A stretch of DNA of 64,000 nucleotides from Candidatus Bathyarchaeota archaeon (GTDB taxonomy: Archaea > Thermoproteota > Bathyarchaeia > Bathyarchaeales > Bathycorpusculaceae): assembly GCA_963733095.1 (NCBI GenBank), contig CAVTBV010000007.1:109665-173664 (forward strand), in the 5' to 3' direction. The translations under genes were made by a program, and so were the position numbers. Under the pieces are notes generated by a model that had not been told where the DNA came from, ran no database searches, and saw only the letters and a program-made list of their open reading frames with translations. Positions 1 to 9,226 of this stretch are shown here, piece after piece. The first letter of the stretch is position 1. Each line of letters opens with the position of its first letter.

Positions 1-591
1 AACCAAACATGCTTTTGGAACATCTTTTGTGACAACTGCCCCTGTGGCAACTACAACCCCCTCGCCTAGCCTAACACCTTTTAAGATTACTGCTCTACTA
101 CCAATCCAGACATGGCGACCAATGAAAACTGGTTTGGAGACAATAAAATCATCACGAATTATTCTATGAAAATCACTATCTCTTATTTCAACATCATATG
201 AAATAAGTGAGTCGTCCCCAATAGAAATGTTATTTGCACAAATAATCTTGGAATCAGTTCCAACACTTATTCGGTCCCCAAATTCTAAAGTTGCATTTTT
301 GTCAATAAGAATTTTGGCGCCATTCCCGACGCAAACGGATCCGTTAACTATCATTTTGCTGTTCTTACGCATTTCGAAGGTGCTGGGATTGCGAGATGCG
401 AAGCTGGTCTTGAAAGTTCCAAGACTAAACACACCTTTATTGATTATCCGCGCGCTTTTATCAACCGCCACTGCCGAGTTTCCATTCACTAACAAGCAGC
501 TTAAGCCTTTGCCGTTGTCGCCTGCTCTTGTTCGAGAATAAACATACGCGCTCGTAAGAAATGTTCTTAAACCAATCCTATTAGAAATCAT
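1..591 (-). CDS. Hexapeptide-repeat (LbH) sugar O-acyltransferase, 3' end runs off the window
   Basis: Manual translation of the minus strand from ATG at 591: MISNRIG...[21 protein letters not shown]...[39 protein letters not shown], typical of the maltose/galactoside acetyltransferase family. Not in the ORF track because it has no stop in the window. Confidence 0.85.
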   Translation of the reverse strand, partial: MISNRIGLRTFLTSAYVYSRTRAGDNGKGLSCLLVNGNSAVAVDKSARIINKGVFSLGTFKTSFASRNPSTFEMRKNSKMIVNGSVCVGNGAKILIDKNATLEFGDRISVGTDSKIICANNISIGDDSLISYDVEIRDSDFHRIIRDDFIVSKPVFIGRHVWIGSRAVILKGVRLGEGVVVATGAVVTKDVPKACLV

Positions 592-722
592 ACCCCTCAG
601 GTTTACTATAATCATATGATGCATTCTTATCTTATTTCGGGTAGGTTTTTAAGTATTATCATGTAACGAAGTAGCAAATGTTGACTGATTATTTCTGATT
701 ACATTTTTGAGGGGAAGGTATT

Positions 723-1556
723 TTGTTGTACAAATTAATAAGAAGATTCGTTGGACCAGATCGAATGAAAATTAAACTTATCGGTCTAATCCGTTTGGCT
801 AAAACAATGGAAATGAATCCGATGACTTTTACCCACATGTCTTACAATGATAAGGAAATGCTTTCACTTCTTGCCTCAGAATGTGGTTTCCCTTTGTCAA
901 AGGACTTATTTAAGAAATATGCAGACCACGTTACTTCAATGGTCAGAATTGATAGTTATTCATTTATCACTCAAGATTATGAGGATTTTTATCACGCTTT
1001 GTTATTTTATGAAAAAGAAACGCTTGACTTTTCTTTGAAGAATTTGGCTGGCGGAGGAGTTTTTGTTGATGTAGGTGCCAATTTAGGTGGTTTTGCAGTA
1101 AGGTGTGGTAAAAAGGCAAGGTTATATGCCTTTGAACCCGACCCAAGAAACTATGAATTACTAAATAGGAACATAAAACTAAATAACCTGACAAACTACA
1201 AAATTTTTAACAAAGTTGTTTCCAACAAAAAAGGAAAGGTAAACTTTTATAAATCAGCATTTCATGGCAGGAATAGTGTACTGAAAATTAACGAGGATGT
1301 GATCTCGGCTGAGTCAATTACCTTGGATTCCATTCTTGAAGCAGAAAGAACGATTGACATAATTAAGATAGATGTGGAGGGCGCCGAACTTTCTGTTTTA
1401 GAAGGTTCACAACAATCGCTCAGAAAAACGAAGTTTGTTATTGTTGAAACTTCAGATCCAATTGTTGAAAAGCTTTTATCCCCATTTATGTTTAATAGTG
1501 GATTTGAGTTTTTGAAAAAAAGTAATAATAACACCATTTTTCTAAGAAAACAATGA
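723..1556 (+). CDS. FkbM family SAM-dependent methyltransferase
   Basis: VFVDVGANLG, YAFEPDP and IKIDVEGAE motifs. Confidence 0.9.
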   Translation: MLYKLIRRFVGPDRMKIKLIGLIRLAKTMEMNPMTFTHMSYNDKEMLSLLASECGFPLSKDLFKKYADHVTSMVRIDSYSFITQDYEDFYHALLFYEKETLDFSLKNLAGGGVFVDVGANLGGFAVRCGKKARLYAFEPDPRNYELLNRNIKLNNLTNYKIFNKVVSNKKGKVNFYKSAFHGRNSVLKINEDVISAESITLDSILEAERTIDIIKIDVEGAELSVLEGSQQSLRKTKFVIVETSDPIVEKLLSPFMFNSGFEFLKKSNNNTIFLRKQ

Positions 1557-1758
1557 ATTGGGATAATAGTTTGCTAAGTTTTACAATATTTTCATAGTTC
1601 TAAGATTCGTATAAATTTCTATTAGCCTAACCAGCGATGCAACTTAGTAGTTTACCAAATTCTCCAAAAGTTTGGATTAGAATTTGTTGCTTCGACAATT
1701 AAAAGCGACAAGTTCGTAGAAAATAGAATTAGCTTGGTCCACAATAAATGCCTTTCGA

Positions 1759-1779
1759 TGCCGCCAGCGGGACTTTGAA
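1759..1779 (-). other. Possible tRNA 3'-end remnant (att-like)
   Basis: Minus strand reads TTCAAAGTCCCGCTGGCGGCA, resembling the T-loop plus acceptor 3' strand of GCCGCC-type archaeal tRNAs; no 5' half is visible. Confidence 0.3.
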
Positions 1780-1913
1780 AAATTTGAGAACCTATTTGGA
1801 AGAACTTTTAGATATCTGACTACTCACAGATTATAAAGGGGCAATCAACCCAGCTTTTTTGTCGTCAACTAACTAAGCTTGAATATACTCTTATGCATAC
1901 AGAAACATGGAAG

Positions 1914-3200
1914 TTATGGAGACTGGCAATATTGTTGCCAGAGCTCACCTCGTGCATTAAGAATTAGTACGTTATTCATCCAGTTTTGGTAATCAAGCAA
2001 ACCTTGATTGTAAGAAGCCAAGTTATGCCCTAAATAGTCAGTTCCTATTGTATCAATGTCCCAAGTCCAGTATTGTGACCCAATTCCATTCTGAGCAAAT
2101 ATTTGCAAAGCGTCACTTGTGAATTGAAGATACGCAGGTTCCAGAGATGCATCATAATTATTCCACTGCTCACTGCCCCACTCCATAACGATAACGGGGA
2201 ATCTTGCTGACATAGGTAAAATATCATTTTGAGTTAAATACTGCAGATATTCTGTTTTTGCCTGAACATATTTTCCCGCAATGTAGTCGTTTGCCCAATT
2301 CCAATTGCCTACTTGATAGGCCATGTATGCACCTTCGGCGGCATAAACAACATTGTTTTGTGGCAAAGGGTTGTTATACCAATCTACTAATGAGTTCCCC
2401 CAAGCCATCCCGTAAACGGCAACTAAAAGTTTCGGGTTTACTGCGTGAATTGCATCAACAGCTTGTGACGCGGCACTGCGCCAGATGCCAAAGAGGGTTG
2501 AATCAGCCATTTGATTTGAGCATGGTTCATTCAAGATATTAAACATGCTCACAGTTGGATTGTTGATATAACGATTTGCGTAAAATTGCATCAAACCAAT
2601 CCAACTCACATTAGGATAGTTACCATACCATTGCGCGCTTTGAGAAGATGGAGTCAATATCGTATTGAGAGGTGCATTAGGATTCTGCATTATTTTAAGC
2701 GCATCTTGATCTGCGACACCAACCATGTTCGGGTCACCGTAATGAAAATCAAGAATAACATAGACATTGTGGGCTGCGGACCAGTTTACCACTTGGTCAA
2801 TGATAGCAAAGTATGTTGGGTTGTACTGATACCAGGTAAGTGTTAGGCGTATGCTGTTACCTCCAGAGGCTTTCAAATAGGCAATTAGGTTTTCGTTCCA
2901 ATTGCCGTTGGTGTAGGCGTTTAGTTGGCTCCAACCCCAATTCGTAGTTCCAATCGCAGCGCCTTTGAATATAAATTGCGATCCACTTGCGGTTTGAATT
3001 TGATTGCGATTCGTATGAAGCCATCCAAGTCCGAGTTCTCCTATGCTGCCCTGAATCGAAATTGTTTTTTGCGCGGTCATTTCAGTGGTGGCTGTGGTTG
3101 TGTTTGGTATAACTGTAACTATTATTGCTAAGAGAAGAATTAGAGCAGTATACTTTGGGGTCAAGCCATTCATCAATGTATATAGTTTATTAATACTCAA
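1914..3200 (-). CDS. Secreted glycoside hydrolase family 5 (cellulase-like)
   Basis: N-terminal hydrophobic signal, VILDFH, NILNEP acid/base Glu, VMEWG nucleophile, YWTW. Confidence 0.85.
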   Translation of the reverse strand: MSINKLYTLMNGLTPKYTALILLLAIIVTVIPNTTTATTEMTAQKTISIQGSIGELGLGWLHTNRNQIQTASGSQFIFKGAAIGTTNWGWSQLNAYTNGNWNENLIAYLKASGGNSIRLTLTWYQYNPTYFAIIDQVVNWSAAHNVYVILDFHYGDPNMVGVADQDALKIMQNPNAPLNTILTPSSQSAQWYGNYPNVSWIGLMQFYANRYINNPTVSMFNILNEPCSNQMADSTLFGIWRSAASQAVDAIHAVNPKLLVAVYGMAWGNSLVDWYNNPLPQNNVVYAAEGAYMAYQVGNWNWANDYIAGKYVQAKTEYLQYLTQNDILPMSARFPVIVMEWGSEQWNNYDASLEPAYLQFTSDALQIFAQNGIGSQYWTWDIDTIGTDYLGHNLASYNQGLLDYQNWMNNVLILNARGELWQQYCQSP

Positions 3201-3593
3201 TAAATACTTTACTTGTTTGGACTACTTAGGCATTGCCTAAAAAAACAAGAATCCACATGGAACATCAGTGATTAGTGGTGATTACTTTTAACGGTAGGCT
3301 TTACAAAGGAGGACAAAGAGAATTTCCCGAACTATAGAAAGACTTGCATTAAAAAATTGAAAAGAATAATGTTGTTTGCAATACTCGTTTGTTACTCTGC
3401 CAATAAAAAATAAGAAAACTATTCGATGACTTTCAAGATGCGCCAACCGCAGATCTGGTATGTCTTAACAATAAAGTATGCATTGATAACGCAGTATTCG
3501 ATAAGAAAAGACAACGAAACGTCATCAGAGCAAACGGAGTATTATTATAACAATAAAGTGCAAATAATCAAATCGCTTCATCAAAAAAAATAG

Positions 3594-4283
3594 TTGCAGG
3601 CAAATAACGTGACCAGTAACCAAACCACCAACGACCAAATCAAGCAACTCATACTTGATACTGTTAAGAAGCAGAAGCCCGAAACTTTAGAACAACTTAT
3701 CTCCTTAATTCAAGAACACATCGCGATACTGCCAGAAAGAATAAATGACCTGCTTATTGAACTAGAAAATGAAGATCTCCTGCATTTCATCAACCCTGAA
3801 CTGCCAACACCTACCTCAGCCAAAGCTTACATGTTCTCGCCAAAAGTCCTTTGGTACTGGATTACAATTATCTTTTCCTTCGCAACGATTTTAACCGTTT
3901 TTTCAATTCCAAATTCTGATTATCCATTAGTTTACTTGCGCTACGTATTGGGCTTTGTCTTCGTGCTTTTTCTGCCAGGTTACACTTTCACAAAGCTTCT
4001 CTTTTCAACAAGACTTCCTAAAATCGCCGTTTTTTCAACAAAAGGGCGAATTCAAGCAGATAGCCACAACTTCGAAACAATAGAACTCTTTTCGTTAAGC
4101 GTAGGTTTGAGTTTGGCGCTGTTACCTCTGTTAGGTTTAATTCTTAACTTTACTCCCTGGGGCGTACGACTTGCACCAATTACCTTCAGTCTACTTGCAT
4201 TAACAATAGTTTTTGCAACATCCGCCGTCCTACGTGAATATCAGACAAGACTGAGGGTATCAAAATTATTGGCTAATGATTAA
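3594..4283 (+). CDS. DUF1616-like membrane protein with N-terminal soluble domain
   Basis: LRYVLGFVFVLFLPGY and LSVGLSLALLPLLGLILNFTPWG segments, about 4 TM helices. Confidence 0.75.
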   Translation: MQANNVTSNQTTNDQIKQLILDTVKKQKPETLEQLISLIQEHIAILPERINDLLIELENEDLLHFINPELPTPTSAKAYMFSPKVLWYWITIIFSFATILTVFSIPNSDYPLVYLRYVLGFVFVLFLPGYTFTKLLFSTRLPKIAVFSTKGRIQADSHNFETIELFSLSVGLSLALLPLLGLILNFTPWGVRLAPITFSLLALTIVFATSAVLREYQTRLRVSKLLAND

Positions 4284-4982
4284 ATTAAACACTATTAACA
4301 AATCTACTGTTTATTCTCACAGCTTTAATAAAGAAGCACTGCAAAACACCGGTCTTCTTCTAACAGACAACAAACACTCCAAAACAGAAACTTGACTTGT
4401 CATAAAAATAAGATAGCTTTATTCAGCTTTCCCCAAAAAAGTGTGTGGAAAAAAAAATAAAAGAGAATTTTTGTTTGAATCAGCATGTGCCGTTGTCCTT
4501 CTCCCAATAAGGAGACAGTGAGCATCTAAAACTAACTACGTTCAATCTAATTGATCTGAAAGAAGAAAAAACAGCTCATATTCGACGAACTCTGCAAAAG
4601 ACTGGATGGACTCAAAGCATAACATCATTCTTATCTTTTTCAGGTAAGAACACGTTTAGTAATGATATTTGAAACTGGTTTTCGCTGACCAGTCAGGCAT
4701 GAAGCTTTAAACATTAAAAGCAATATTTCCCCTATGATGCCTCATTAACAATTAAAAAAAGAACAGGTCGCTGTAAAAGCTCAAGGGCTCCTAATTCCCA
4801 AGCGCATTTTTACTTGTTTTTACTTCCATTGTTGGGACTCGGGGGTAAATCACAAGTCGTCATCCCGGCTGTTTCGGTGTCTGACAAAGGTTTCTCTGAC
4901 TCGGCATATCCAAGCACCTTCTAATTAGAGTCATTTTTAAAATTTTGCGTTAGAAAGAAATGTGGGAAATGGCTAAGAGATT

Positions 4983-5804
4983 CTATAACGTTTTGTTTTT
5001 AACCCAATTATGGAAATTTTGTACTGATTCTTTTGGTAAATCATCTCTGGCTCTCACTGGTAGCTGCAATCTTTCGCTAATCTTGATAGATAGAGCTTCA
5101 TAGTTGAGTGGGTACAGCTGTTCTTTGAAGGTCCAAGAAAAACCCTTTCGCTGATTGACAAGTTGCTCGTATGGTTTTAGCCAGCGAGTGGCAAAAACAG
5201 GGGTTATTCCTAGGAAATTGCAGATTTCTAACTTTTTCTCTACTTCGCTTTTGTCTAAGACAGATAGGGTGTTTTTGACTTCAACGCCTATTGTCAATTT
5301 GCCTGAACAGTGGCGGGCAATTATGTCAAGGGTGTTTTCTGTTTTTGTCCATTTTTTATTTTGATATTCTTTTGTATGTTCTCCTTTTATTTTGAAGCCT
5401 TGAATCTTTAATTCCGATTGGACTAGTTGTTCAAGATGTTCTCCGTAGAGCGTACACATTTTATGGTTGGAGTATTTATCGATTAGTTTGCAGGTTGATT
5501 TTATATGAGTATTTAGTAGATGGTTGGAGTCAGATTTATCGAGTTTTGAGTTATAGTAGAAACAAACCGTTTGCGTTTGGGTTCGAGCTTTTCTTCTTCG
5601 CAGTTTGCCTTCCTCCTCAAGCTGAGTTAGTGCTTGATAGACTACATCGTCGGAAAGGTTGTCTTCATATATCGTTTGGATCTGTGTAAGATAGTACGGT
5701 TTTCTTTTTGCTCGTCCGATTTTGTCTTCGAAAAGCGGCATCACACAGAGCTTGGCTGTCTGAGTTTTAGAGTCACTGTTCTGCAACAAATTCACCGCTT
5801 GCAT
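4983..5804 (-). CDS. Winged-helix + PD-(D/E)XK restriction-endonuclease-fold protein
   Basis: N-terminal VYQALTQLEEEGKL wHTH-like segment; C-terminal GEHLEQLV...TLDIIA...GVEVKN catalytic pattern (E...D...ExK). Confidence 0.65.
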   Translation of the reverse strand: MQAVNLLQNSDSKTQTAKLCVMPLFEDKIGRAKRKPYYLTQIQTIYEDNLSDDVVYQALTQLEEEGKLRRRKARTQTQTVCFYYNSKLDKSDSNHLLNTHIKSTCKLIDKYSNHKMCTLYGEHLEQLVQSELKIQGFKIKGEHTKEYQNKKWTKTENTLDIIARHCSGKLTIGVEVKNTLSVLDKSEVEKKLEICNFLGITPVFATRWLKPYEQLVNQRKGFSWTFKEQLYPLNYEALSIKISERLQLPVRARDDLPKESVQNFHNWVKNKTL

Positions 5805-5855
5805 TTTTCTGCTAGTTGCATGCTCGTTTCTCCATGTTCCCTATATAAATAATTT

Positions 5856-7841
5856 CTAATCAATCAAACCCCTACCAAATTTTAGCTGAGGTTGACGGCT
5901 TAGTTTTTCCCGGTTTATCCAGTAAAGATAGTTGCCATCCGAATGCAAAGTTTTTCCGAGTAGTTCAGGGGTTACTGATTTTACTTTTATGAACGGTTGT
6001 TCGACGAATTCTTTGAGGTAGCCGATGAGGGATTGTTTGTCCTCAGCGTTTAGTTGATTGAAGTATTGGTTACAGTAGCTTTTTGATTTGGCCATTTGGA
6101 AATCAAAGTTGCGTTCTTTTAGGAAGTTGTTGATTTTTTTATCTATAGCGGTTTCTTCTTTTTTGTAGTCTACTCTTTTCATGCCAGCTCTTTCAAAGAA
6201 TGGGTTGTATTTGGCCATGACTGCTAAGACCTCAACTACTTTAGCTTCAGCTGTGGGTAGGGTATGCTTTACCAAGTATTCTCCTAGTCCAATTCCCCGA
6301 AACTTTGGATGGATAATAACTCGGCTTATTCGAGCCACTTCATCATTGATTAGTTTTGCTTTATGCAAATCTCCAGGTGTAAACTTGTAGCGTTCCCCAA
6401 AAACCATGTTCCGAGGTTTAAGGTTCAAGTATGAGTTGGAATAGATGATAATTCCGATTAAGTTGTTGCCGCAGACAAGTTTGTAGCAGTTTCGCATTCT
6501 TAATTGCATGTTCTCTTTTTCGTTTGTGCTTCGGTAATGGAAGCATTTTAACTTCTCGTAGTCTTCAAGGTCGCCTTCCTCAACAAGTATCGAGTCGAGC
6601 AGGCTGCACGGTTTAGCCGCAAATCTGTTTTTCTCTACTGTAACATCTCCTTCAAAGCCCTTCCTAACCGTTATGTCAGGCTGAAAATCACCAAGTAAAT
6701 CATCATGCGTGGTCGCAACAACCACAGTTTTCCCCAGCTTTCGAGCAAGCTTCTGCAAAGAGTAAGCGATTACCTTAGCCATAACACGGTCTAAACAACC
6801 GCAGAACTCATCAATCAACCAAACCTTCTTTTCTGTGCAATTAACGAGCTTAGCAAGCCGATAGCGGAATTTTTGACCATCGCTTAACTCCTTGAACTTA
6901 CGCAGAAACATAAAAGCGTCATTCAACCCACATAAACTCAGAATTTCAACAGCTTCCTTAACATCTTTACCAATACCTTCAACCAACGTCTCCTCAGGAT
7001 CCACCGGAAAATCGCAAAGATCGATTGACTCTTCTCCAAAAAAGTTTTTAAAAGCCTTCAAAAGCAAAGATTTACCTCCTCCAGAATCACCCGTAACATA
7101 AATCAGATCGCCCCGTCTAAAATCAAGGCTAAAATTATCAAATACCACAAACCGCTTAGTCTCGTCGATACCTAAGCCGAATGCTTCACAAACAGCCAAA
7201 GTCCGTTCTGAAATAGCTGCTTTAGTTGAGAATTCAACGTTGCATTTTAACGTTAGAAGCTCGTCTGAATGCTCACCAGCAGGATTATGTATGTTGTTTT
7301 CAACTTTAGACTCGAAGCCTCCTGCAAGCCGTTTAATATCGTCATCGCAGACGCTTGCTGGCTCACGAAGTCTGATCAAATTGTCAATACGCAAATCAGT
7401 CTCGTTAAGCAGAGACTTTAGTAGGCCGCGCTCGCCTTCGCTAATTATTCGGTAGTATTCTTCAGCATCTAGCAGTAAATCGTGTTCTCCGCGTAGCTTA
7501 TTCATAACCTGTCTAATCAATCGTCTATCCACTTCGGAAACAGGCAACCGGACAACACTTACTTGTCGAATTCCAAGAGCTTTAGCAGCTTTGAGTCTGT
7601 GCTCGCCATCTGCAACCAGCAAATCCTTGTTAGTAATGATGGGTACGACAAAGCCGAAGTGTTCAATGCTTTTCTTTAAAGCAGAGAAACGCTTGGGGGA
7701 CAGCTTGTTGGGGTTGGCGCCATCTGTTTTTAACAAATCAACAGAGACTAGTTCGGTTGGGGGGACAAATACTTCAATTTCTATAATAGGGGTCGTAGTG
7801 TTCATTATCTGTATCCTCACTATATTCGGTTTTTTTGTCAA
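5856..7841 (-). CDS. ParB/Srx-like N-domain + ABC ATPase + GNAT acetyltransferase fusion (COG2401-like with ParB); likely start 7805
   Basis: FGFVVPII...VADGEHRLKAA (ParB-N); GDSGGGKS Walker A, LSDGQK signature, LIDEF Walker B, ATTH switch; RISRVIIHPKFRGIGLG acetyl-CoA motif. Confidence 0.85.
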   Translation of the reverse strand: MTKKPNIVRIQIMNTTTPIIEIEVFVPPTELVSVDLLKTDGANPNKLSPKRFSALKKSIEHFGFVVPIITNKDLLVADGEHRLKAAKALGIRQVSVVRLPVSEVDRRLIRQVMNKLRGEHDLLLDAEEYYRIISEGERGLLKSLLNETDLRIDNLIRLREPASVCDDDIKRLAGGFESKVENNIHNPAGEHSDELLTLKCNVEFSTKAAISERTLAVCEAFGLGIDETKRFVVFDNFSLDFRRGDLIYVTGDSGGGKSLLLKAFKNFFGEESIDLCDFPVDPEETLVEGIGKDVKEAVEILSLCGLNDAFMFLRKFKELSDGQKFRYRLAKLVNCTEKKVWLIDEFCGCLDRVMAKVIAYSLQKLARKLGKTVVVATTHDDLLGDFQPDITVRKGFEGDVTVEKNRFAAKPCSLLDSILVEEGDLEDYEKLKCFHYRSTNEKENMQLRMRNCYKLVCGNNLIGIIIYSNSYLNLKPRNMVFGERYKFTPGDLHKAKLINDEVARISRVIIHPKFRGIGLGEYLVKHTLPTAEAKVVEVLAVMAKYNPFFERAGMKRVDYKKEETAIDKKINNFLKERNFDFQMAKSKSYCNQYFNQLNAEDKQSLIGYLKEFVEQPFIKVKSVTPELLGKTLHSDGNYLYWINREKLSRQPQLKFGRGLID

Positions 7842-8304
7842 CTGAGGAATCGGTGAAAGGTTGTTTGTTTGCAGCTGCCCTTCTTTCCGTCATGTTTAGA
7901 AAAAAATCAGCTAATCTATCGTAGGCGATTTCCGGGTTTTCATGAGCTTTTTTCAAAGCAATCTTCAAATTGCTAAAGAATTCAAGGTAATGCAGGTCAA
8001 AATACAGCTGGTCTACTCTATTGTTAGGATCGCCGATTAAAGAGAGCAATGTGAACTTGAGTGTTCCTGTTGCATACCTGAAGAGGATCTCACAACCCTT
8101 GTTGATTATATCCTTGTTCGCCTGCAATATCTCAGGAGTAAGCTTAGGACCAAACTCCTCCTGCAGTTTCTCTATCCTTAGAAAGAGAGCTTTCTCAGCC
8201 TCACTGAAGGTCGAGTTGTCAAATCGACCTATATAATCTCTTGGCTCGTCGACAAGTTTAGAAGACAAAGCGTCAATTCTCTTAGTTAAACGAGGCATGT
8301 TCAT
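7774..8304 (-). CDS. Hypothetical alpha-helical protein
   Basis: 176-aa ORF overlapping both neighbours (ATGA coupling at 8301-8304); no recognised motif. Confidence 0.65.
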   Translation of the reverse strand: MNMPRLTKRIDALSSKLVDEPRDYIGRFDNSTFSEAEKALFLRIEKLQEEFGPKLTPEILQANKDIINKGCEILFRYATGTLKFTLLSLIGDPNNRVDQLYFDLHYLEFFSNLKIALKKAHENPEIAYDRLADFFLNMTERRAAANKQPFTDSSVDKKTEYSEDTDNEHYDPYYRN

Positions 8305-8693
8305 GGTACAAACACTCCATGTTTGGCTTTTTCCTCTAAAGCTTGTAGTCGATTGATAAGCTCGGGGAGAACAGCGGTTTGAAACAGCATCGTGTTTGCC
8401 TTGAGCATGATGTTAAGGGCGCCAAGCTGAGCAAATTCATTTTGGCTTGTTAGTAGGCGGACGCTGGCTTGCCGATAGATTTGTTCGTACCGGTTGACCA
8501 CCTTCATCATAACGTCTTCACAATTTAGGACACTTTGAAGGGCTGGTTGCCACCGTGCTCTGGTTTCAAAGTCCAAGTAGATAGTGCGTTCGCTGCAACC
8601 CGCTTTTTGGCTAAGTTCCGAGACGATTTCGGCTTGGGAGAAGCCTAAGCCCTCCAGCCTGAGCAGTTCTAAGCGTCTGGTTATTGTTTGCAT
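8301..8693 (-). CDS. Helix-turn-helix protein (regulator or small-terminase-like)
   Basis: LGFSQAEIVSELSQKAGCSERTIYLDF HTH pattern followed by helical C-terminus. Confidence 0.65.
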   Translation of the reverse strand: MQTITRRLELLRLEGLGFSQAEIVSELSQKAGCSERTIYLDFETRARWQPALQSVLNCEDVMMKVVNRYEQIYRQASVRLLTSQNEFAQLGALNIMLKANTMLFQTAVLPELINRLQALEEKAKHGVFVP

Positions 8694-9226
8694 GTTATTG
8701 ACCTTGGTACTTTCGGTTTATTCGTACCAAAGAAAAATTCTTGAAAACTCGCAGAACTCACAGCTCCAAAATTTCCCGTTGCATAAATTGGCGATACCAT
8801 CTAATTCCGTGTCATGAAGCCAAAATTGGATTGTTGGTCCGCTAATTTACCCCCCAAAAATTGCAACTTTTCTTCAAATTACACACTCAGCCTAAACTAT
8901 AGAAAAAAAGGTTTGCCTTTTTCCTTTGAGCATTCAAATGGGTTTTAAAAAGATGTGGGTAAGGCATTGTGGTGCTATCGATATCCTCTGGATTGCAAAA
9001 AATCAGACTACTCAGGCAATGAATGCTTTGGCAGAGTTCGTGAGACTTGGGGTTAAGGAGTATCCACTAATGTTTGCTGATGAGTCAGACACTATGAAGA
9101 TTAAGCCTTCGAAACAATATTTCTCTTACGCCTTTCAGACAACAGATACTTTCAGGTCGCGTAAAGAACCAGGCTGAAGACTGAGAATATAAAAAAAGAA
9201 AAGTGTTAAGAAAGGAATGTTTTGTG

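Noticed and set aside
227-541. 104-aa plus-strand ORF
   Set aside because: Antisense to the acyltransferase on the minus strand.
5856-7841. ABC transporter ATP-binding subunit
   Set aside because: No permease nearby, and the ATPase is fused to ParB-like and GNAT domains.
4983-8693. Complete provirus
   Set aside because: No capsid, portal, large terminase or integrase recognised; only a remnant is possible.
8926-9177. 83-aa plus-strand ORF
   Set aside because: TTG start, no motif or RBS; cannot be supported.
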